Assembly (NCBI RefSeq): GCF_001194135.2
Contig: NC_068987.1
Coordinates: 4,005,993-4,069,992 of the forward strand
DNA length: 64,000 bases
Source: Octopus bimaculoides
Taxonomy: Eukaryota
Direction: 5' to 3'
The translations under genes and the position numbers were made by a program. Of this stretch, positions 1-14,169 are shown in pieces (the stretch's first letter is position 1; every line of letters starts with the position of its first letter). The notes under the pieces were generated by a model. It saw only the letters and a program-made list of their open reading frames with translations. It searched no databases and was not told where the DNA came from.

Positions 1-90
1 ACACAGGGTACTTTCAACCCACCCCCCACCAAACCAAACAACAGCAAAAAAAAGAAAAAGAGTAATGTAAGTGAAGAGAAGACTTCTTAC

Positions 91-229
91 CTCACATTTT
101 GGGACTTCAGGTTCATTATTCAGACACCGAAGACATGTACCATTCCTATGATTTTTGTATGAAGCAAATTTGGTATCATTCTCAGCAGCAAAGCTCATTT
201 GAAGATTTAGTAATTGATTCTGTGACAGA
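91..229 (-). CDS. LARGE: LARGE stem exon ending just before the GT8 domain (LSQNQLLNLQMSFAAENDTKFASYKNHRNGTCLRCLNNEPEVPKCE); gene continues left of the window
   Basis: Acceptor ttgtag|, donor |gtaaga; ends in ...PKCE like LARGE1 ...VEKCE, which precedes TIHVAIVCAG; phase 2 to 0. Confidence 0.87.
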
Positions 230-922
230 CTACAATAACAATAACAACAATACTGTATGAGGTCATTGTTTTTTTTTTTTTATAGAAAAATGTGGGCAAA
301 ATGTTTTATTTGCCTGAGCAATAAAGTTTTCATTTAACTCTTAACAATATAAATACTGTTAAATATTATGCTTATTCATTTTTTAAAACTAATCATGCAT
401 TATCATATAGCTTTGAGATTTTTGATGATGTGATTTTCTATTTTCAGAATGACATTGTAGGGTAGGTGTGAGAGGTCTGATAAGAGCAGTCTGAATAAAG
501 AACAAGTAGAATATTTGGTCCGGACATGGTTCAGGTGCCCAAGAGTTACAGTTCTTTAGCTGTAACATAAACAATAATTCGAACACACACACACAAGTTA
601 CGTGTGTTTGAATCTGCTTCTAACTCATAAACAATAACAGAAGAAGACTTGTTAACCCTTTCGTTACTGTATTTATTTTGAGATGCTCTGTGTTTCTTTC
701 ACTTAATTTTAAATAGTGGGACTGAACCTGAAACCATGTGGTTGCAAGGCAAGTCTCTTAACCACACAGCCATGCATATGCCTATATATATTAATATGTT
801 TGTTGCAGGTAGGCCCTACAAGCATATAAGTTTGTTTTCCAAGAACAAGTTAACTTGTGGGCTTATAGAGAAAATACTCAACATCTGGTTATGTCGTAGC
901 ATATTTAAGAAAAGGGACAAAC

Positions 923-1037
923 CTTAACTGCTTTTGAAGAAACTGGTTCTTCTCTTCCATTTCTCTAACTCGTTGTGCCAGCTTTGCTTCCAAGCGACTG
1001 ACACCGTAGGCTCCATTGTTACCGTAAGAAATATAAT
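923..1037 (-). CDS. LARGE: LARGE coiled-coil stem exon (DYISYGNNGAYGVSRLEAKLAQRVREMEEKNQFLQKQLS)
   Basis: Acceptor tttcag|, donor |gtttgt; RVREMEEKNQFLQKQLSLSQ matches the vertebrate LARGE1 stem RVREVEEENRALRRQLSLAQ; phase 1 to 2. Confidence 0.9.
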
Positions 1038-1833
1038 CTGAAATGAATCAAAGACAAAAAAACAGATGCTTCAGAGAAGAAGAATCAATATATATAAATA
1101 AAAAAAAATCAGTGGTATTGATCTGGAAGCAATATCACTTATGGGCATACTGTGTTTAAAAACACAAAGATATATCAGTAGTACATGAAAAATTGACCAG
1201 CAGTAGTGGTTGCTTTGCTAAATGTGCATTTCTGCTTCATTATGCTTTGTCAGTAGCATGTACCCACTGCCAACTACATACAGAGACATCTGATATAGCA
1301 AAATGCTGACTGAAAAATCACTGATGCTGCAAGTAGCTGCTCAACTGAATAAGAATTCATTATATGCAATAGAAGCAGTATTGGATTAAAATAACTATCT
1401 ATATATCATACTTAATGCAGATACATCGCTAAAAGGCAAATTTAGCAAGTTTGCTTCATACAAAGACCACATGAATAGTACAGCAATGTAAGCTATTAAG
1501 ATACTTCTGCTTCCATGGACTACAACAGTGGGCAGTATTTCTCTCTGTAACTAGTCATAGATAGACTTATCCATCAGGAACAGAATGATTTTTGCTATGG
1601 GCATAGTTCACAGCAATAATGGTGTTTTATGAATCCTTAATTCTTTGGCCTTTACTGCCCACCATCTTATCAAACTGAGAATTAGTACAGAAATAAAAAG
1701 GATGAATAAATGCACCAATCAGAGATTATAATTAGCTAATCGTTATCTACAAATCTGTAAGCTACATGTGATTATGATGACGCATCATGGTTTATGTTCC
1801 CAGAATATAATAATAACTGTATTTGTTACTCAC

Positions 1834-1927
1834 CATCAGCGCTGATAGTAAGGTAGACCAGGAAGAACATTGGAAAAGCGTAGACCACAATCAGCACCAA
1901 CAAGAATTTCTTCTTCACTCGGAACAT
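1834..1927 (-). CDS. LARGE: LARGE xylosyl-/glucuronyltransferase, signal-anchor exon (MFRVKKKFLLVLIVVYAFPMFFLVYLTISAD); the exon itself begins at 1938
   Basis: Acceptor ttatcag| at 1939-1940; basic N-terminus plus hydrophobic TM segment typical of type II Golgi glycosyltransferases; donor G|gtgagt; splices in frame to the next two exons. Confidence 0.85.
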
Positions 1928-1980
1928 TTTGGATTCGTCTGATAATAAAAATTGAAAAGTAAGATCATCATTATCATTAA

Positions 1981-2200
1981 CCCTCTCGTTACCATATTTC
2001 TGTTGAGATGTTCTGTGTTTCTTTCAATTACTTTAAATATAACAAAGAATTTAGTGAAATAACTTAGTCATCATTAAGCTGGTGTTAGGAACATAAATTG
2101 TGACTAAGGTTTGGTGGAAGATTTTAATTCAGAACTTACGAAAACAAGACATTTGTACTCAGAGCCAGAACCGGTTTCAGCCGGGTTGGTAATGAAAGGG
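1981..2200 (+). mobile_element. TTAA-flanked piggyBac-like MITE, family 1
   Basis: TTAA followed by CCCTCTCGTTACC...GGTAATGAAAGGG terminal inverted repeats; further copies at 27214-27415 and 34177-34396 (opposite orientation) and fragments near 655 and 15172. Confidence 0.7.
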
Positions 2201-5200
2201 TAAAAGCATGAAACAAAGGCAGAGAGGGCCTTTTAGCCTTGTCACAGACAATCTCCCTTGTGCTGAAACCAATCCAAGCTGTAAAATGGTTGATGATACA
2301 AGGAAAGCCAGGCATTAAAACCATACCACCCACAACACCAAAAAAAATTTTCTAAATGGTAAACATAATAGGCACAGAAAGCACGGCTATAGGTGACTGG
2401 GTGGTAAGAAAGTTCAATTTCCAAACAAGCATGGAAAAGTGGACATTAAATAATGATGGTGATATTGTTGTTATTGAAATCCAGCTTTGATCAAAGCATC
2501 CCATCTTTGATCACCTCATCTTATTCTCAGACAATGTATCAAGGAGTTACATTATTGAATGTGTACTTCCTTTTTTAAGACAGTAAATTGTGGTTTGAGA
2601 AGAACATGGCTGCTATTTCTAGCAGACAAAATGATCACTTTGCAGCACATCTTTATAAAAATTTAGCGAGTTTGAAATCGAAGGAAAACTTACTTAATTT
2701 TTGAAACATTGGTGGTTTATTTCCAGGCTAGCTGGGAGTAAACATCAAAGGAAATTGTCGCTCAGAATTTTAGCATTTAAAAATCAGGTGACTGTGGAAG
2801 CTGGATTTGTGCTGGAAATAAACATAAAATGAAGAAAACTGTTCGTAAAACAAGAGAGGAATCAGTTACTTAGACAAGAAAATAAATTGTTCATTAGCAA
2901 GTATAAATATTATTTAACATCCAGTTCCATGGTGGCATGGGTTGGCCAGTCTGACAGGATCCAATGGGCTGAAGAATTGCACCAGGCTCCAATTGTCTGT
3001 TTTGGTATGGTTTATATGGACAGAAAGAGCATCTGGTCATAGAAAATCTGCCTCAATAAATCCCCTCTGACCCATGGAAGCATGCTATGATGATAATGAT
3101 GATGATGAAAATGAGGAAGTAGAACCCTCTCCCCACCAACTAAAACAAAATTCACACATAATCAAATAAACAATACAAAGTGTGAACAACTCGCTTAAAC
3201 ATGCTCTGAATCACAATAAGAGGCCACACGGAAAAAAACTGCAAGGACTGCTGTTAATTTCCCTATTAAGACCTTAATCTGCAACAAGGATCTTGCCCTC
3301 CCCCTTTCCACCCCCACTCCATAGAAGTGAAAACAAACAAACTANNNNNNNNNNAACATGCAACAATAAAACTAATGGCATCTATTCCGCTTGCTGCTGC
3401 TGCTGCTGCTGCTGCATGAAGCTGTCTGCGGGTAAGATCTCCCATTTTATGTTTGTTTATTGCTGATAAGAATGGGAAGCCTGTAAAAACATTTACACTT
3501 GTGATAGACAGAACACACCCCGTAAATACACTTGCAGACAAAAGCGAGAATAATAATAATAATAATAGGGAAAGCCTTACCAAAAGCCAAATACAAAAAC
3601 CTAAATTTAATAGATAGATACATCACCATCGTTTAACATCCGTTTTCCATGCTGGCATGGGTTGGACAGTCTGACTGGGGTCTGGAGAGCCAGCGGCTGC
3701 ACCAGGCTCCAATCTGATCTGGCAATGTTTCTACAGCTGGAAGCCCTTCCTAACGCTAACCACTCCAAGAGTGTAGTGGGTACTTTTTATGTGCCACCGG
3801 CACTAGAGCCAGTCAGGTGTGCCTGGCATCGATCAGGGGCCAGTCAGGGGGTACTGGCACCAGCCATGTTCAGATGGTGCATGGCACATGCCACCAGCAC
3901 AAGAACCAGTCAGTGGGTACTGGCATCAGCCATGTTCGGTTGGGAGCGTGTGCTTTGGTGATCCATCCGAACATCAATTGCTGGCACTTTTGGCCGATCT
4001 GTCCAGGTTAGGCGTCCCTACACTGACACACTATCAATGGTGTTTCTGTTCCCGCTGCCTCACACATGGTTGAACGCACCCATCCATATCTAAGATACAT
4101 CTAATGCAAAAATAACACCATGAAATGTACCAAGATTTACTGTTGTATAACTATAAATCCAGTTTTGAAATCATTCCTAATACTATTCGTGATTGATTGT
4201 TGAATGTACAAGCTAGATGCCATTAAAATGGTTTAATTTCAAAATGAAATTATGAAAGTCTTGAAGTGTCAATCTAATGGATTTAGGAATGCTTTTGTCC
4301 CAAATTAAACAAAGAAGGTGCCACATAAAAAGCACCTCTTCTGGTGCCACGTAAAAAAATACCTGAACTGGTTCCACATAAAAACGAAGTCTGTTTTGGT
4401 TTGGTTTCTACAGCTGGATGCCGATCCTAATGCCAACCACGGTACCATCACCAGTGCTTTTTATGTGGAACCAACACTGGTGCTTTTTATGTGACACCAA
4501 TGAAATGTGCCTCAATAAATTTCATCTGACTTATGCAAACATGGAAAAATGGAGATGAAATGATTATGATGAGGATGATAATAAAACATGCATACATGAC
4601 AGGTTTTTTCTTAGTTTCTCTCCAGGAATTCCACTCCCAGAGTATTGGCTGGTCTGAGGCTCTAGTAAAAGACACTCAGGTTACCCGAAAGTAGGGTTGA
4701 ACCTAGAACTTCATAACAACATATCCATTTCAACCTCCCAGAATAATGGTTTTAAATTTTGACACAAGGACAGCAATTATAGGGGAGGGCTAGTCAATTT
4801 ACATCAACCCCAGTGCTCATCTGGCACTTATTTATCAACCCTGAGGGGTGAAAGACAGAGCTGACCGTGTCAGAATTTGAACTCAGGTCGTCAAGTCAGA
4901 CAAAATACTGCTAATCATTTTGCCGAACATTCTAATGATTCTGCCGTTTCACCACTTTAAACCTACCCAAATATTTGTGAATTATAGGTTTTACAATCTA
5001 AAATATCTTACCTGGAATATGGGGCAGCTGCTACATATATATTCGAGACAGCAGCTGAAAAAAAAAAAAAAAAAAAAAANNNNNNNNNNNNNNNNNNNNN
5101 NNNNNNNNNNNNNNNNNNNNNNNNNNNNNNNNNNNNNNNNNNNNNNNNNNNNNNNNNNNNNNNNNNNNNNNNNNNNNNNNNNNNNNNNNNNNNNNNNNNN

Positions 5201-5397
5201 NNNNNNNNNNNNNNNNNNNNNNNNNNNNNNNNNNNNNNNNNNNNNNNNNNNNNNNNNNNNNNNNNNNNNNNNNNNNNNNNNNNNNNNNNNNNNNNNNNNN
5301 NNNNNNNNNNNNNNNNNNNNNNNNNNNNNNNNNNNNNNNNNNNNNNNNNNNNNNNNNNNNNNNNNNNNNNNNNNNNNNNNNNNNNNNNNNNNNNNNN

Positions 5398-5439
<42 letters not shown>

Positions 5440-5480
5440 ATATATACATACTTACTTATGTGAATGTGTGTGTGTGTGGG

Positions 5481-5511
<31 letters not shown>

Positions 5512-7251
5512 CTTTGTGTTTATGTTTGTCAAGCCCTCTGCCAACTGCTTGACAGCTGATGTTGGTTTATTTACATCTCCATAACTTAGCAGTTTGGTTA
5601 GAGAGACTGACAGAACAAGTACCAGACTTAAAACAACCAAACTAAAACATAAGTACAAGGGTTGATTGTTTTTTGACTAAACCCTTCAAGGAGTTACCCC
5701 CAGGATGGCTGCAGTCCAATGATTGAAATAAAGTAAAATAACAATAATGGTTTCAAATTTTGGCACAAGGCCTGAAATTTCAGGGAAGGGGCTAGTTGAT
5801 TACATTGACCTCCGTGTTCGACTGGTACTTATTTTATCGACCCCGGCAGAATTTGAACTCAGAATGTAAAGACAGACAAAATTCCACTAAGGATTTACCT
5901 GTTGTGTTACTAATTCTACCAGTTTGCTGCCTTAGTAAAAGACAAAACAATAATAATATTAGTTATCATACTCATTATAATTGTAGATGGCTGAACCAGC
6001 AGACAACTGGACAGAAATACTTAACAGTCGGTAGTCAGGTGGACTTTTAAAAATTTATTCAATGTCTGAGTGCAAATCCCGCAGGAGATTGTTTCTAGTT
6101 TTCACTGCATTAGGCTCGATAAAAGACAAGTAGAAGGGAGTTGTTTTAATTAACTATTCCTCTCTCCTGTAAACTAGTGGCCTGCAGCCAAAGTGATTAA
6201 TTGTTATAATTAATATTATTTTTATTATTATTATAATTCTACTTGTTTTGGTAGCCACTGTTAGCATTGTCATCCTATTGGTTTTTACATCTGTTTCTCT
6301 ATGCCATCATGGGTGAGATGAAAGTTGTTAAAGGCAGTGATGTTTACCTGGATGCCCTGCCTGGCATCATCTCTTACTAGTTTGCAGTAAAGGGACTTTA
6401 TTCCATGCCTTTACAAATTGATCTGTCAGATATTTTTGGCACATAAAAAGCACCATTCGAGGGTGGTCAATGGACAATGCCAGTGTTGCCTGACTGGCAC
6501 CTGTGCTGGTGGCACATAAAAAACACCATTTGAACATGGTTGATGCCAGTGCTGCCTGACTGGCTCCTGCACCACTGGCACGTAAAAAGCACCCACTACA
6601 CTCTCAGAGTGGTTGGTGTTAGGAAAGGCATCCAGCTGTAGAAACTCTGCCAGATCAGATTGGAGTCTGGTGCAGCTTTCTGGCTGGCCAGTCCCCAGTT
6701 AAACCGTCTAACCCATGCCAACATGAAAAACGGATGTTATATGATGATGATGATAAACTTTTCACACATACTAAACATAAATAAAAGCAAATTTTAAAAA
6801 AATAATTGTCTGATTTCAATGAAATAGTTAATTCTGGGACACCCTGTACATAGCAAGTACCCGTGTCATTTTCCATTATGCTTAAACTTTATTTGTTGTT
6901 GTGTATAATTTGTTTATAATTTTTGTTACTGTCCTTCACGTCTGCTGACTTAAATCAGCAGTATTGTGCTTTTGACGCCACAAAATGAACAATCTTATCA
7001 ATAATGGCACGAAATTGTGATGATTTTTGGCTGACAACTGATGAGGGACGAGCATGTGTGCTTTTTCCCTTGGTGTTCCTTTGTTGTTCTGTGCAATTTT
7101 TTTTTACTACATAAGTATAAATATATAACTACACACACAGAGAAATACCTTCTTCATCTCAGTAGCTCAATTGTCTTTACTTTTTTAGGCATTAAGATTC
7201 AATGAGGTGAAGTGAAAATATGAAATCAAATATAAATATAAATATATATAT

Positions 7252-7433
7252 AAACAATTGCAGCATGGAAGGTGTTTATAAGCCATTTAAGAAACACACA
7301 AAAAACGTTAGATTCACTCCAACGTTTAAATTTAATTTGCCAAAATATATTAAATTTAAATGTTGAAGTGAATTTAACGGTTTTTGTGTGTTTCTTAAAT
7401 GGCTTATAAACACCTTCCATGCTGCAATTGTTT
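7252..7433. repeat. 182-bp near-perfect palindrome (foldback element)
   Basis: 85-bp arms at 7252-7336 and 7349-7433 are reverse complements with about 4 mismatches; 12-nt spacer. Confidence 0.9.
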
Positions 7434-7980
7434 TCGTTCCAGCACACGATCTCAGATCAGGTTGCTTGCTATGCAAGTACATCTCTGTAATATTTATATA
7501 TATATATACATGCACACATACACATATTTAACAACTAACTTACCTTGTTTCAGCCATTTTCCTAATTTTTGAAAAAGTAATGTTGAGATGAGATCAATTT
7601 AAAGTCGGCATTGTGTTGCATGTGCAGAACAAATGGCACCGTTCCCAAACATCTGTTAGATGTTAACAGACTCCAACCACGGGAGATCTATAATCAAATA
7701 AATAAATAAATAAATAATCTTTTAATCTTTTTTAGATTAAAAAAAGCAAAGCAAAACAAAAACGAATGAAGGCAGGCGTATATATACATATGTGCTCAAA
7801 GATATACTCAAATTTCTATGCAGTAAATTACATATAAGATCAAACGATAAGAACAATTGAATAATAATAATAATAATAATAATAACAGCAGCAACAACAA
7901 CAGCAATAATCATCATCATCATCAAAGACAAAAACACTGTACATTATGACCATCATTAGATTAATATCTATTTATACTTT

Positions 7981-8185
7981 AAGGCAGTGAGCTGGCAGAA
8001 CCGTTAGCACACCGGGCGAAATGCTTAGCCGTTACATCCTGAGTTCAAATTCCGCCGAGGTCGACTTTGCCTTTTATCCCTTTGGGGTTGACAAATTAAG
8101 TACCAGTTGTGTACTGGTGTCGATACAATCGATTGGCCCCCCCTCCCCCCAAATTTCGGGCCTTGTGTCTAGAGTGGAAAAGAAT
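7981..8185 (+). mobile_element. SINE family with GAGCTGGCAGAA...GTTCAAATTCCGCCGAGGTCGAC head
   Basis: Pol III B-box-like GAGTTCAAATTCC. Copies at about 4750-4950(-), 8920-9135(-), 30425-30812 (two in tandem), 33885-34075, 36290-36447, 44100-44300(-) and 62104-62230(-). Confidence 0.7.
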
Positions 8186-10267
8186 ATCTATTTATACTTT
8201 ATAGTCAAAGGCTTTCCAGTCATGACCAACCCGTTCCATTTCTCTTTTTAAAGGAATAATGTACATTATCCACTGTGACTGTGACAGGAGAGCTCAATAC
8301 AGCCTAGTGTTACAAATATGTAGAGTTTTATGTGTTTCTTCAACAAGTCTGCAGTCCCCAAACTTGCCAAATTCCAACTTTAGGCAAACTTTAAAATGAT
8401 TAATTATGAATTGTTAAGATGGGTTTACATAAAAACAATTAAAGATTGTTCCTGCCTGTATCTAAATGAGTAAGCCTGTAGAAATTTGACAAATTCTAGC
8501 ATATCTGATGAATCATGAAAATCTGGAAATTTCACTGCAATCCAATGCAAGTTTTTGTCTGAGAAAATTCAAAAAATCTGCAGTACAAAAATAACATAAG
8601 AATTATGTGCAAAAATAATACCATGTTTTGCACATTCACCAGAGTTAAATGTATTCTGTAATGGTTAAAATATAAGAACCGCATCTGAAACTTCCAACTT
8701 AGAAAACTAAAAAGATAAAAAACCTCAATTTCTCATAGGATTCATAATTTTGTTGTTCTCTACAGCTGTTTCACTAGATAGAGTGAAAACATTATTATAT
8801 TATAGGCGCAGGCATGGCTGTGTGGTAAGAAGCTTGCTTCTCAATCACATGGTTCTGGGTTCAGTCCCACTGCATGGCAACTTGAATTTGAACCAAATAA
8901 TGATAATAATAATCCTTTCTACTATAGGCACAAGGCCTGAAATTTTGGGGGAAGGGACAGCCAATCATGTTCGACCCCAGTGTTTTACTGGTACTTAATT
9001 TATCAACCCAGTACATGACTGGTTCGTATTTTATCAACCTCGAAGGGGTGAAAGGCAAAGCTGACCCAGACGGAATTTGAACTCAGAACGTAAAGATGGA
9101 TGAAATACCATCAAGCATTCTGCCAGCTCACCACCTGATTACTACTACTACTACTACTACTACTAGAATTACAAGAGCAAGACTATGTTCTGTCATGTGA
9201 GACAGCATTTCAGGGTCTCACATAAAACTGCCGGCCTTGTGCCAAAATGTGAAACTACTGCTACTACTGTCACCACATTCACTTCTGTAACCACCACCAC
9301 CACCACAACAACAATGTAAGTACTACCTCCAACACATTCACTTTTGTAACTACTACTGCTGCTGCTACTACTACTACTGCTATTAATACTACTGTTGCTG
9401 CTACTACTACTATTGTTAATACTGCTGCTACTACTACTACCACCACCACACGGAGCAGTCTGCAGTTTCTGTTTGCCATGCCATTCATGTCATTTGGGGA
9501 CTGTTTTGTCTACCAGATATGGTAACTCTAACTCCTTCGCTCTGTGAAGGTAGCCAAGTGCAAAGAAAAAACGCAGGAAAGGGTTGAAAAGACGGGGGGG
9601 GGGGCGGAGGAGGAAGTGAAGGGTTAAACGTCAGAGAGAAAGCAGAACAGGAATGAGAATGTGAAAATATGGGAAATGGAAGTAGCATAGGTGCGGGGGT
9701 GGATGGTGGAAACAAGACTGGAAATAAGGAAATAAAAATAAAGTTAAAAACGAGAGAGAAATGTTAGACTTTTGCTCAAACTGCAACGAATCAGGTTTCT
9801 TCTAAGTAGGCCTGGTTTGTAAAACATTGCACTGTTTCACTATAAATATGTGGCGTGTGCGTGTGTATTCATGTGTGAGTATGTTAATGGTAGATGTGCC
9901 GGTGATGGAAGTTAGTATGTAGCGGGTTGCGATAGATAAGATTACGAAAGACGATATATCGGTAGATCAGATAATACATAAGACAGGCGAAAATGGAGTG
10001 TGAAATGAGAAATCAGACAAAATAAGTTGAATAAATTTCCGATGTTCACTGAAAACTTATCACAGCACCTGTTGATTGAATAAACCATTATATATTCTTG
10101 GCATCTATTTTATTAAACTTTGGAAAGAAATGGTAAAGAGTACCTTCTCCAAATCACTGGAGGTTGGATGTGAGGGGGAGTAGTAGTATTACGAACATGA
10201 AGCATTTAGGCTGCAAAGTTAACAAATACACACAGACACAGATGTGTGCGCACTACATACATATAAA

Positions 10268-10610
10268 GGTGTAGGTGTGGCTGTGTGGTCAAAGAGATTA
10301 CTTTCCAACCACATGGTTCAGGGTTCAGTTCCACTGCATGATACTCTGGGCAAGCGTTGTCTACAATATTCATGGGCTGACAAAAGGGCTGTGTGCGTGT
10401 GTGTGTCTGTCCCCCTCCCCCCACCATTGCTCGAAAACCAACGTTAGTGTGTTTATACCCCAGTAAACTTAGCAGTTCGGCAAAAGCGACCGACAGAACA
10501 AGTACTAGGCTTACAAAGAATAAATCCTGGGGTTAATTTGCTCGACTAAAGGTGGTGCTCCAGCATGGCCCGCAGTCAAATGACTGAAATAAATGAAAAA
10601 ATAAAAGAAT
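10268..10610 (+). mobile_element. tRNA-derived SINE, near full length (family with GGCTGTGTGGT...GGTTCAGTCCC head)
   Basis: A-box and B-box-like head, shared body, AAAAGAAT tail. Related pieces at about 8805-8880, 31350-31500, 33230-33400(-), 40340-40530, 45940-46090(-), 46370-46470(-), 53755-53930(-) and 56735-56865. Confidence 0.7.
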
Positions 10611-11599
10611 ATATATGTATAGTCACAAAGAATGGCCAGATGATTGTGATAATGAAGTCAGTTGACAGCTTTATCTCTCTGAAATATCACAGCAGTTGTC
10701 TGACATAACCCGACAGGAACCTGAACATCTGCTCAAATGGGTGGTGGAATTGCTGGATAGCTAAGGTGGTAGTACATTGCTAATTTGACATAGCAGGTTC
10801 TTTAGGCATACTTGTAGATGAGGCATGCCACTCACTTTAGCACATCAACCTGGTGCAAAGCCTCCATTTGTTTAAAGACAGTGATACACCATTGTTCATC
10901 ATTAACCGAACAGATGACACACAAGTAATATATTTTTATATACAGGATGCCACAGAAGTAACGCCCTTTTTTTAAAACTACTACTATTACTACTACTACT
11001 ACTGTGTTGGAACTATTGCTTCTGGAGAGGCTGTTGTTATTTAACCCCAGGTCAATCTTGCTTGGACAGATTTATGACCAATGATCACCAGATCTAACTA
11101 ACACCACCTGACTCTTTTGTTGTGGAGTGTACTGAAAGCTCCCTGAATTAACACGGAAATATACCAAAATGGCTTGTAGAAGTGTTGCTGGTAGCGTTCG
11201 GCATTGGATGTGAAGGGGAACATTTTGAACATGCTAATTAGTTTGTTAATCATAACAGATTATGCTCGGATGAGACATCATCATCATCATTATTTAATGT
11301 CCATTTTCCATGCTGGCATGGGTTGGATGGTTTGATAGGCGCTGGCCAAGCTGGAAGACTGCACCAGGCTCTGATTGTCTGTTGTAGCATGGTTTCTACA
11401 GCTGGATGCCCTTCCTAATGCCAACCACTTTACAGAGTGGGCTGGGTGCTTTCTATGTGGCACCAGCTCCAGTGCTTTTTATGCGACACCAGCATGGGTG
11501 CTTTTTACAGGGTGCCAATTCGGGTGCTTCTTACATGACACTGGCACAATACTTGTAAATTTTCTTAAACTACTGTAATTTGTTTTCATTCAATAAAAG

Positions 11600-12026
11600 T
11601 GGCATGTAACTGTGCTGGTGGCACGTAAAAAGCACCATTTGAGCATGGCGGATGTGAGTGCCACCTGGCTGGCACATAAAAAGCACCATTCGAGCGTGGC
11701 CAATGCCAGTACCACCTGACTGGCACCTGTGACAGCGGCATGTAAAAATCACCATTCGAGCATGGTCGATGCCAGTGCCTCTTGACTGGCATGTAAAAAT
11801 CACCATCTGAACATGGTCGATGCCAGTGCTGCCTGACTGGCTCCCGTGCCAGTGACATGTAAAAAGAACCCACTACACTCTTGGAGTGGTTGTTGTTAGG
11901 AAGGGCATCCAGCTGTAGAAACTCTGCCAGATCAGATTGGAGCCTGGTACAGTCCTCAGTCAAACCGTCCAACTCATGACAGTATGGAAAGTGGATGTTA
12001 AACAATGATGATGATGATGATGATGA
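11600..12026 (-). mobile_element. Abundant non-autonomous retroposon with (CAT)n end, CAGCTGGATGCCCTTCCTAACGCCAACC core and internal ~50-bp tandem repeats
   Basis: More than 12 recognisable copies (about 3621, 6430, 11278, 12530, 18455, 18620, 20080, 25900, 28020, 31500, 32990, 35514, 39477). The internal repeats generate the spurious RHWHRPCSNG ORFs. Confidence 0.75.
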
Positions 12027-14169
12027 AAAGTTAAATAAAAAATAGGGCGTTACTATTGCTTCACCCTGTATTATTTTAAAACCTCATCCAGCCATTAAAT
12101 AAAATGTTTTCTGGCAATGTGTAACAGTGATAACAAACACATATGGTACCGATGGGAATGCTTGTCGGTTCTCAATGTGCAATGCTTAATTTTAATCTGC
12201 AAACTGAAAAATCAGAGATAAAATATTTTGATTAGGGAAAGTTTTTTAACACACAAATTAGAAAACGGTGACCTTGTTTCTTCTAGCTATCAACGTTTTA
12301 TGTATTTGTCTTTGCAGAGGTTGAATGGTGCTCAAAGTGTTTCAATTTGAAGTACAATGCTTCCTCCTTTATTACACACAGGAACAAAGGAAAAACCTGC
12401 CATTAGAGTCATCATGTTTGACCTTTTACTTGTTTCAGTAATTGGGTTGCGGCCATGCTGGGGCAAGGTCTTGAAGGGTTTTAGTTGAAGAAATTGACAC
12501 AAGTTCTTTTTAAGTCTGGTATTTGTCTGGCTCCTGTGCCAGTGGCATGTAAAAAGCAGCATTCGAACGTGGCCGATGCCAATGCCGCCTGACTGGCTCC
12601 CGTGCTGGTGGCATGTAAAAAGCACCCACCACACTCTCGAGGCCAGATCAGATTGAAGCCTGGTACAGCTTACCAGTCCTCAGTCAAACCGTCCATCCCA
12701 TGCCAGCAGGGAAAGCGTACATTAAACAATGATGATGATGGGTCTCTTTTGCTGAACCGGTAAATTACAGGGATGTAAACAAACCAACATTGGTTGGTAT
12801 TTGTTCTCTACAACAAAGTGGACCAAGGTTTGTGGCATTAAATCCTTAAATATTCTGCAGAGATAATTAATCAATGAGGAGATAATTCACTGATACCGTG
12901 AAGAGGGATTCAAAGACAGATTGTCTATGCGGTCACTTAACCTACTAGAAATAACAGCCAAATCACTCTCGAATCACACCCTGCTAGTTTTCGAATAGGA
13001 TACACATGATTATGCTGTTAACACCTTTCTGTAGACGAGGCATGAATGCCAAAGCTTCCAGTCTTCCTATTCCCTTTAATGTAAAGTGACAAGAATTATT
13101 TGGAACCACTACTTCTCATTGGTGTTGGTGGTATAATGTTGCAATACTGTAACTGGAATTTCTTTGCAATGAAAGACTAGGTTTTGTTTCAATTCCTTGT
13201 TAGAACTTTTTTGCAGTTACTTCAATAATATCATTGGTGAACGTCAGACGTAAACCAAAACAGCCCCTCCCTTGTTGCCACCGCCGCTGCCACCACCTCC
13301 TCCATGTACATACAGATACGCTTCTAACACTCAGAGACCTCTTTGCTTATTTGAAGAACCATTATATAAGAAGATCATTTCATTATTATTACAAAAAGAC
13401 ATGATTGTTCAGACACAGTTTATTTTCTATTTCCACCCTCATCAAAACATCTATTCATTTGGGTACACCACCCAAGAATGATAGCTGTATAATTCATATT
13501 TCAGCTTACACTTGTGTGTGACTGTGTACGTGTGTATTCATATATGTGTGTGTGTGTGTGCACGCGTTTACATATGCATTGATTGACACAAGCACATATA
13601 TCTATAAGACTAATGGCTCTTTTAAGTTACTGGTGATTCACCCAAACTGGCACTCCGCCGGTTATGTCAATGAGTGTTGGCAGTGGATCCAATCAATGCA
13701 ACAGCCTGTTTGTGAAATTAATGGGCAAGTGGCTGAGCACTCCACAGACACGCATACTCTTAGTAGTATGTATCAGGGAGATACAACATGATGCAGAATG
13801 TGGCAAGGCTGGCCCATTCAATTACTGGTACAATTACAATTTTTGCTGGCTGAGTGGACTGAAGCAAGGTGAAATAAAGTGTCTTGCTCAAGGACGCAAT
13901 GTGCCACCAGGAATCAAACTCATGACCTTCTGATCTTGAGCCAAATACCCTTGGTCGCTAATCCATGCCCCTTCACCTATAGCGTAAAATCGTGCGCGGA
14001 CAGGATGCTGGATGCACTTTTGCCAAATGGACGTAAATCTGAATGACACAATGCTGAATGGACATAAAGCCAAATGGACACAATAATAATAAAAAAAAAT
14101 ACATTAAACGTTCCTATCTATATAGTTTAATGACCAATTCACCAATTTGGCACTTAAGATTTAATGAGA

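Noticed and set aside
8805-8880. tRNA gene candidates here and at 10268, 55021 and 56735
   Set aside because: A and B boxes are present, but there is no complete cloverleaf and each continues into shared SINE bodies.
11586-12005. Repeat-containing ORF (RHWHRPCSNG...) and the ~50-bp repeat array as a CRISPR-like array or repeat protein
   Set aside because: Internal tandem repeats of a high-copy retroposon; no unique spacers, no cas genes, eukaryotic context.
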